Assembly (NCBI GenBank): GCA_014905635.1
Contig: JABVCE010000037.1
Location: 124,001 to 188,000 of the forward strand
DNA length: 64,000 nt
Source of the DNA: Scenedesmus sp. PABB004
Taxonomy: Eukaryota
Reading direction: 5' to 3'
Shown here one piece after another: positions 56,809 to 64,000 of the stretch. Each line of letters opens with the position of its first letter. Position 1 is the first letter of the stretch. The position numbers and the translations under genes are program-made. A model generated the notes under the pieces. The model worked only from the letters and a program-made list of their open reading frames with translations. It did not search any database and was not told where the DNA came from.

Positions 56809-57621
56809 TCACTTGTCCTTGCCCGCGACGGAGGGCAGGCCGAGGGGCCAGCCAAAGTTCGGGCCCGCGACGTAGTAGAAGCGCGGGCGCACGGTCGCGC
56901 GGCCGAGCACCGCCTCGCCGTCGCGGCCGCCGAGCGCGAGCGTGAGGCCCGTCAGCGCGCCGCGGCTCGCCTTGGCCGCGGCGTCGAACACGCTCGGCGC
57001 GAGCGAGAGCGCGCCGGTCAGCACCTCGAGCGCGCCGCCGCGGCCCGGCGCGCGCGCGGTCAGCCCCGCCGCGGCCGCGCCGGCAAGGCCCGCGCCGGCG
57101 GCGCCGCCGGCGAGGTCGAGCGAGTCGGTGGCGTTGACGCTCGCGCTCGTGGTCGGCGCGACGCCGGCGAGCTGGAACGCGTCGTCCAGGATCGGCACGG
57201 CCGGGCCGACGCCTAGCAGGTTGTAGTTGTCCTTGTCGGAGCAGATCACGCCCGCCGCGGGGCGGCACCCGGGCAGCAGGTCGCGCCCGCTGCTCGCGCG
57301 CGGCGGCAGCGCGCGGCCGCCGGCGCCGCCGCTCCCGCCGCCGGCGCCGCTCCCGCCGCCGCCGCCGCCGGGCCGCGCGCCGGCGGCGGTGGTGCGCGGC
57401 GCGGCGCCGGCCGCCGCGCCCGCGGCCGCGCGCGGCTCGGGGCGGTCATCGAGCAGCAACACGTCGGCGCCGATGGCGCTGGACGTCGTGCCGTCGAGCG
57501 CCGGCGTGGGGCTCGGCGCGGCGGGGCGCACCACGCGGAGCTGGCGCGCGGCAGCGGGCGGCGCGGCGAGCAGCAGCGCGGCGGCGGCGGCGAGCGCCGC
57601 GAGGGCGGCGAGCGCGCGCAT
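56809..57621 (-). CDS. Intronless secreted hypothetical protein (~270 aa)
   Basis: Signal peptide [28 protein letters not shown]; internal GRDLL motif (RxL-type processing-site-like); non-low-complexity C-terminal half. Confidence 0.7.
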   Translation of the reverse strand: MRALAALAALAAAAALLLAAPPAAARQLRVVRPAAPSPTPALDGTTSSAIGADVLLLDDRPEPRAAAGAAAGAAPRTTAAGARPGGGGGGSGAGGGSGGAGGRALPPRASSGRDLLPGCRPAAGVICSDKDNYNLLGVGPAVPILDDAFQLAGVAPTTSASVNATDSLDLAGGAAGAGLAGAAAAGLTARAPGRGGALEVLTGALSLAPSVFDAAAKASRGALTGLTLALGGRDGEAVLGRATVRPRFYYVAGPNFGWPLGLPSVAGKDK

Positions 57622-58092
57622 GGCGGCGGCTGGGGAGATGGATGCTCGAAGCGATTTGTGGGCGGGAAGGCGCGCGCCGAGCTGGTTAAGGGCGCGGCCG
57701 GGCGTGGAGCGGCGGCGAAACTGACGACGCGCGGCCGTGCCAAGGGCCCGCCTGGTCACGCCGCCGGGCCTCGCGCGCCCTCCCGTGGCATACGGGGGTG
57801 AGATCGAGTCCCAAAGCGCGCGGTCTGGGCGGACGGCGCGTTCCTGACTGCCTCTGGGCGGCCGGGCCGACTTTGGCCGTGCGCCGCCGCCGCCCCCGCG
57901 CGCCGCCCCGCCCCACGCGCGCGGCTGCGGCGATGTGAGAGCTGCTGCGACCGAATTAGCGTACTTGCGGGCGGTTTTCCGGTGGTCTCGACGGGCGCGC
58001 GAGGTGGTGCACGTCGGCCTCGCCGTAGTGCGCCAGTCGATCACCGCCTCCCGCCACGCCCGCACGCGCGCACACTCAACCCACCTGCCGCA

Positions 58093-60731
58093 TCACCCCG
58101 GCCCCGTGCCCGCCGGCGTCGTCGCCGCCCCTGCCTCGGCCTGCAGCCGCTTGCACACGGCCTTGTGCCCCGCCCGCCAGTACGCCTTGTGGCAGGCGGG
58201 CCCGCACACGCGCGCCACGCGGCAGCCCGCGCACAGGTGGTGGGTGCCCTTGACCAGCGCCGCCTCGCTCAGGCCCGCCAGGTTGACGCAGGCCGGGTTG
58301 GAGCACGCGCTGCGCAGCGGCAGCGCGCCGCACACCGCGCCGCCCAGCGCGGACAGCTGCGCCGCCAGCGCCGGGCCGACAGCCGTGCGCAGCGCGGGCA
58401 GCCACTCTGCTGCGTCGCCGCTGCCCGGCCCAGCGGCCCGCAGGCGCTCCCGCGCCGGTGCCAGCGCCTCGCTCGCCGCTGCCGCCTGCTCCACCAAGGG
58501 CGCCAGCACCGGCAGCGGCAGCAGGCGCGCCGCGAGGCCGCTGGCGCTGCTGCCGCCCTCGCTGGCCGCTGCTGCGCCGCCCTCCGCGAGGCGGGGCAGG
58601 GCATCCGCCAGCCAGTCCGCGCAGGCCTCCAGTTCGCTGAGCGGCCAATCAATGGCATAAGACGCCTCAGCGCCGGCCCCAGAGCTGACGTCTGCATCGG
58701 CCCCAGAGCTGGCGTCTGAGCTGGCGGCCCCGCCAGCCGGCGGTGCCAGCACCTGCCCCGCCAGCGCCAGGGAGCGCGCCGCCAGCGCCAGCCAGGGCGC
58801 CAGCTCGTCGTAGCTGCCACCGCTGCTGCCGCTCGCGCCCGCCGCCTGCCAGTCCCTCAGCAGGCAGCGCACCGCGGACGCGCAGTGGGCGGCCGCACCG
58901 GGTGCGGCGTTCTGTGCCTCGCGGTTGCCCCCGGCCTGCGCCGCCACCACCTTGAGGGCCGTGGTGAGCAGCGCCGCCAGCGCCGGCGTCGGCGCCAGCT
59001 CGCACGGCCGTGAGCACAGCAGCGCCAGCTGAAAAGCGGCGTCCAGCTGCGCCGCGGGGGCGCCCACAGCAGCGCGCAGCGCCGCCTCGATGCCTGCGGC
59101 CGTGCCCGACCGCTCCGCCAGCGCCGCCAGCAGCGCTTCATCATCGGTATGGGCACCTGGGCGCAGCGGCAGTGGCAGGCGGCCTCATGAGCGGGCGAGG
59201 CAGCCGCCCAGCACGACAGCACACGTGCCCACCTGCACAGCACATCTCCACCAGCAGCAGCAGGCTCGCTGCGCAGCGCTGGTCCCAGCCGTGCGCCCGC
59301 TCCTTGGCGGTTGCACGCTGCAGCCTGCTCAGCAGCGCGCCGGGCAGCTGCGGCACGCCCGCGTTGCCGAGGCAGGCAGGGACCTTCTGCCCTGCAACGC
59401 GCGCGGCAGCCACCAGGGCCTGCAGGCAACCGTCCAGCTCCGCCAGGCCCGGCGCGAGCACGCACAGCTGCACGAGCACGCCGGCCGCCTTCGCCGACTC
59501 GATACAGAGCCCGGTACCGAGGCGCAGGCCCTCTTCGTCGCTGTCCACAGCGTCGGCAGCGCGCGTGAGCATGGCGCAGAGAGCCGAGCATGCTACGCCC
59601 GTGCAAGTGGGCTGCAGTGTGCTCGGCACGACGCGGCGGTCGAGGCCGTCCAGCGCGAGCGACGCCAGCAGACGGTCGAGGGGCGGCAGCAGCGCACCCA
59701 GCTGCTCCTCCTCGCTGCCGCCCGCCTGCACGCCTTGCCGCACCACCCCGATGGCGGCCGCGGCAAGCGCCGTGAGCAGCGCGAAGCGCACGTGCTGGTC
59801 GGCGACGGCGGCGGTCAGCGCCGCATCGAGCTCGCCGCCGCCCGCCGCCCCCGGCGCAGCGTCGTGCAGCGCGCGGGATGCGTCGGCCACGACCACACCG
59901 ATCCACGACGCTGAAGTCAGCATGCTGTCCGTCAGGTGGGCAGGCAAGCCGCCAGGCCTCGTCGCCAACCAGACGCCCAGCACCGCGAAGGCGAACCGCG
60001 CGATCGGCGCCAGCTGCGCGACCAGCGCGGCGGGGCTGAGCGCTGGACCCTCTGCCCGCGCCAGAGAGACCCAGGCCTGCAGCATGACTGGCGAGCAGAA
60101 TGCCAGCTTGTCCGCGGCGTCGCGGCCCGCCAGCTGCCGCCCCGGCTGCCACTGCTGCGCCCTGCGCCTCCCGTGCTCCTCCAGATCCGCTGCCAGCGGC
60201 ACGGCGACTTCTGCCACAGCGCGCAGCAGGCCTAAGGCACGGGCAGCAAGCGAGCGGGAGGTCAGGACGCGCGCGCCATCGTAGCGCGCTGCTGGCCCGA
60301 CCGCGCGCGCAGGCGCGCCACGCACCCTGCTCGCGCAGCTGCTGCAGCAGCTCCGCCTTGTCGCTGGCGCGTGGGAAGGATGCCATGTCGGCGTGTGCAG
60401 TCAGCGCCCCAAGCAGCTGGACTGCCACGACCAAGGCGTCAAAGCTGCGCCGCCAGCCGCCCCCCGCCGCCAGCAGCGCCAGGCCCCGCGCCGCCGCGCG
60501 GCCCGCCAGCGGCAGCACGCGCAGCACGACCGGGTCGGGCGCAAAGCCGGCGGGGTCGGGCGCTGGGGCTGTTCGCCACTGCTTGTGTGCTGCCATCACG
60601 CGGCTCTCCACCGGCTTGAAGGCCGGCTGCAGCGCCCCGTACGCCTCCAGGTCGGGCGCCGCCGCCGCGCGCTCAAGCAGCTTTGACATCTCCGCCGCCC
60701 AGCGCCGGTCGGCGGCGTTGGGGCGCGGCAT
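58093..60731 (-). CDS. MYND zinc-finger protein (algal expanded family), 3 exons
   Basis: C-terminal CSNPAC..CAGCRVARVCGPACHKAYWRAGHKAVC; introns ~60325-60233 and ~59233-59157 keep the frame. Confidence 0.85.
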
Positions 60732-61450
60732 GTCTGTGTCCCGGGGGCCTGCGGGGCACGGGGAACGCCAGCGACAGGCGACGCGCTGGGGCGTGAGCAG
60801 CAGGGGCCTGCTCCCGCAGGCGGCGCTGGAGCAGTTATCGCCGCCGGCCGGCCCGCGCGCCGCCGGGTCCCAGCGGCGCAAGGGGCGCTGTGGCGCCGCA
60901 CCAGATCAGGCGTTTCGCGGAGCACGCCGACCAGCGTGCGGGGCGGCAGCGGCAGAGGCGGCCGCCGGGCGCGGTGCGGCACGCCCCGGCAAGGGCGGCC
61001 GCCGGGCACGGGTCTGGCGACGCCTGGCTGTTGTGGGCGCTGCGTAGCGGCCTTGGGGCAAGGCGCACGGGCGCGGCTCGGGGCTGGGTTTCAAGCCTCG
61101 GCGGCTGCCGCTGCAGGGCCGTCTCTGCAGCAGCAAAGAGAGCTAGCTACCCGCTCCATCCGGTTCACGCACCCAAGCCACCCACGCACGCTGCGGCTGC
61201 CTCATCAGAGCTCAAGCCCTCGCCCACCGATCCACGGCATAAGCCGCCGATCACGCCGCGCAGCCCCCCCTCCCCCGGGCCGCCGCTCACACGCTGATCA
61301 GCTCAAGTGTCGCGAGCCCCCCCCCCCCTCCCCTTTCTCCAGCAGCCGCCGTCACCACCGACGCTCCTCCTCTCCCACCGCCGGGGCGGGGCTGGCCGGC
61401 AGTGGGCGCGCCGCGCCGCGCCGCGCCGCGCGGTGGCGAGCGCTGCGCGC

Positions 61451-64000
61451 TCAGGCGTTGCGGCGGCTGAGGCACTGCAGCACATAGTGCCGCAGCTCGT
61501 CCTTCACGCTGAACGTGAAGTCCATGTGCCCGTAGTCAAACTCACGGTAGCTCACCTGACGTTGGGTGTATCAGGTGGAGGGTGGAGTGGGTGGAGGGAC
61601 GGGTGTATTAGGTGGAGGGTGGGGTGGAGTGGGCAGAGGGACGCGCGCCGCGCGCGCGCGCGCGCGCGTCGTGAAACCGTTCGAGCGCGCCGGGCGGGGC
61701 CGCGGCGGCGCGGCGGCGGCGCGGCCCGCACCGCGACGCCCTGCTCGCGCAGGCGGCGGCCGAGCGCGCGGACGTTGCTGGGCGGGATGATGCCGTCGCC
61801 GCTGCCCGCGAGCAGGTCGACCGCGACGCCGCGCCCGGCCCCGGGCCGCCCGCGAGGCGCCAGAGCTGCGCGCCGACGTCGGGCGGGCGCGGCGCGCCGT
61901 ACGCGGCGGCGTTGGCGGCGGGGGAGCCGTAGTCAAACAGCTGGAAGCGGCCGGTGTGAATGATCTGGATGAAGTGAAGCGCCTGCAGTGGTTGGTGGGT
62001 GTGTGTGCGTGGGGGGGGGGGGTGCGTGTGGGCGTGGCGTGTGCGGCAGCGGAGGGCGTGTCTGTCAGCCGGGCCAGCGACATCGCGGCGGCACCGCGGC
62101 GGCGTCACCGCGGCGGCGGCGCGCCTGGTGCAGCGAGCAGGCGGGCATGTCGGCGGCGCTGTAGTGCGGCTGCAGCAGCGCGCGCTCCCACTGGCTCGCG
62201 TCGCCGCCGAAGAACGCGCGCATGAGCGCGCGGCTCAGGTCGGCGAGCGCGGGCAGGCGGGGAATCTCCAGCAGATAGCTGAAGGTCAGCGCGCGCCCCA
62301 GGTTGGTCGGCAGCAGCGCGGGGTGGTCTGCGCGGCGGCGCGGCGGGCGTGGACGGCGGGCGGGCGGGCGCGTGGGGCGTGAGGCGTGAGGCGCGGGCGC
62401 GGCGGGGCGCGGGCGCGAGGGGGGCGCCGCGCGGCGGCGCGCAGCGCGCGCCGCTCACACGCGCGGCTGGGCCCGAGCACCGCGACGAGCAGGCGGTGCC
62501 ACCAGGGGAGGACCAGGATGAATGGCCAGAAGCTCGCCGGCACGCGCGCGTGCACGCCCGCGGGAGACATGAGCACGAGGCGGCGCACGTGGTGCGGCCG
62601 CCCCGCCGCCGCGCGGAGCACGCAGTACATGAGCGCGCTCGCGCCGCCCAGGCTGTGCGCGACGACGCGCAGGTCGTACGGCTCGGTCGCGGCGCCCCAC
62701 GCGGCACCGCCCGCGGCGCCGCCGCGCGCGCCCGGCGGCGCGCCCGGCGTGCTGCGGCTCGCGCCGGACGCGGACGGCGGGCGCGGCGGCAGCGCCGCGC
62801 CGCCGCAGCTCGCACTGCCGCCGGGCGCGCGCGGCGGCGGCGGGTGCGCGGCGCCGGCGGGCGCGGCGGGCGCGCCCCAGTCCACGGGCGGCTCGCCGCC
62901 AAAGCCGCCGCCGCAGCCGGACGCGCGCAGCGGCAGGCTGTGGCGCGAGATGCCGAGCACCGCCTGGCTGCTGCGGCTGCGCCGCATGCCGCTGCCGCTG
63001 CCGCAGCTGCCGCCGCTGCTGCTGCGGCTGACGGCGCCGCTGCCGAGCGCCGTCAGCGGCGGCGCGTGCGCCGCCGCGTCTGCGCCGGCCGGCTGCTGCG
63101 CGCCCCCCAGGAATGGGCTCCCGCGCCCTGCTCCTGCGGGCTGCTGCTGCTGTTGCTGCTGCCGCGCGGCCCCGCCGCTGCCGCCCACGGCAGCCGCCGC
63201 CGCGCCCGCAGCGAGCGCGCCCGCAGCGACCGCGCCGGCGGCCAGCGCCGCCGCCGCCGCCGCCGCTGCGCCGCCCGGCTCGTCGGCCGCGTCGGCCGCG
63301 TCCGCCGACTCGCCCAGGCGCAGCGGGCTCTCGACCACCTCTGGTGTGGAGGGCTCCCGCACCTCAGGGATCAGCACCTCCAGCCCCTCGCCCGCGGTGG
63401 GGCCGGCGAGCGCCGCCTCCGTGCCGGCCGCGGGCTGGCGCGGAGGGCCGGCCAGCGGCGACGCGGGGTCGCCGCCGGCGCCGCCGGCGGCGGCGCCGGC
63501 GGCGCCCCAGCCCCGCGGCGCGCTGGGCTTGCCGAGCGCCAGCTGCTCCAGTTGCAGCGGCGGCGGCGCCGCCAGCTCGGCCGGGGCCGGCGCCTGCTGC
63601 TGCGCCTGCTGCTGCGCCTGCTGCTGCGCCTGCTTGCGCCGGCCGCCGACGCCACGGAAGAAGCGCTTCACTGCAGCAAGGCCGCCCCGGCGCCGTGCGG
63701 CGCGGCCGTCGCCGCCCGAGTCCGTGCCGCCGGACGACCCCGCCGAGCCGGCGCGGCCGTACGCCGCGACCGCGGCGTCGATCGCGGCCGCGGCCATGCC
63801 GTCGAGGCGGGAGTCGCTCATGCTCCGCACCAGCGCCCGGTCGCGCCGCAGCCGCCCGCCGAGGCCGGGCACGAGGCCGCCGCGCGGCGGCGGCGCGTCC
63901 GCCGGCCCGGCGGCGCCGGCGCCCGCCGCGGGCCGGGCGCCCAACCCGGTCGCCGACTCGCCCGAGTGCGCGTGCGCCGCGAGCCACGGCGCGCGCGCCG
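61451..64000 (-). CDS. Alpha/beta-hydrolase lipase (acid lipase-like), 3' part; 5' end outside window
   Basis: Nucleophile motif VVAHSLGG, LMSPAGVH, FQLFDYG, DLLAGSGDGIIP, FDYGHMDFTF..LRHYVL; long low-complexity insert upstream. Confidence 0.88.

Overview
Very GC-rich, gene-dense, intron-rich eukaryotic nuclear DNA. Its TTTAGGG telomere-type motifs, TGTAA poly(A) signals and plant-like genes fit a chlorophyte green alga, probably Sphaeropleales (Raphidocelis/Monoraphidium-like; inference). The long ORFs in the supplied track are mostly GC artefacts, so genes were rebuilt by hand from exons. About 23 spliced genes can be supported, including mitochondrial L19, an M41-like metalloprotease, DIM1, a GT47 exostosin, SAC1, YjbQ, glyoxalase I, ARF, cyclophilin, an RCC1-repeat secreted protein, ABCC/MRP, IPCS, a MYND protein and a lipase, plus one intact tRNA-Gly(GCC). 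Highlights: (1) a spliced ~81-aa membrane ORF ends 15 nt before, and in frame with, the SAC1 ATG (candidate bicistronic locus). (2) A rearranged zone at 33.2-43.7 kb holds a ~650-bp inverted repeat pair, three tandem tRNA-Gly-headed units in different states of decay, and a ~5.3-kb cassette between ~100-bp direct repeats. That cassette carries a cyclophilin exon copy, a possible LINE relic and a modular Cys-rich/RCC1 gene. (3) Intron grammar is unusual: about 22 GC-AG introns, and telomere-like repeats with consistent polarity (G-strand after donors, C-strand before acceptors). Exon coordinates are manual reads and are approximate.
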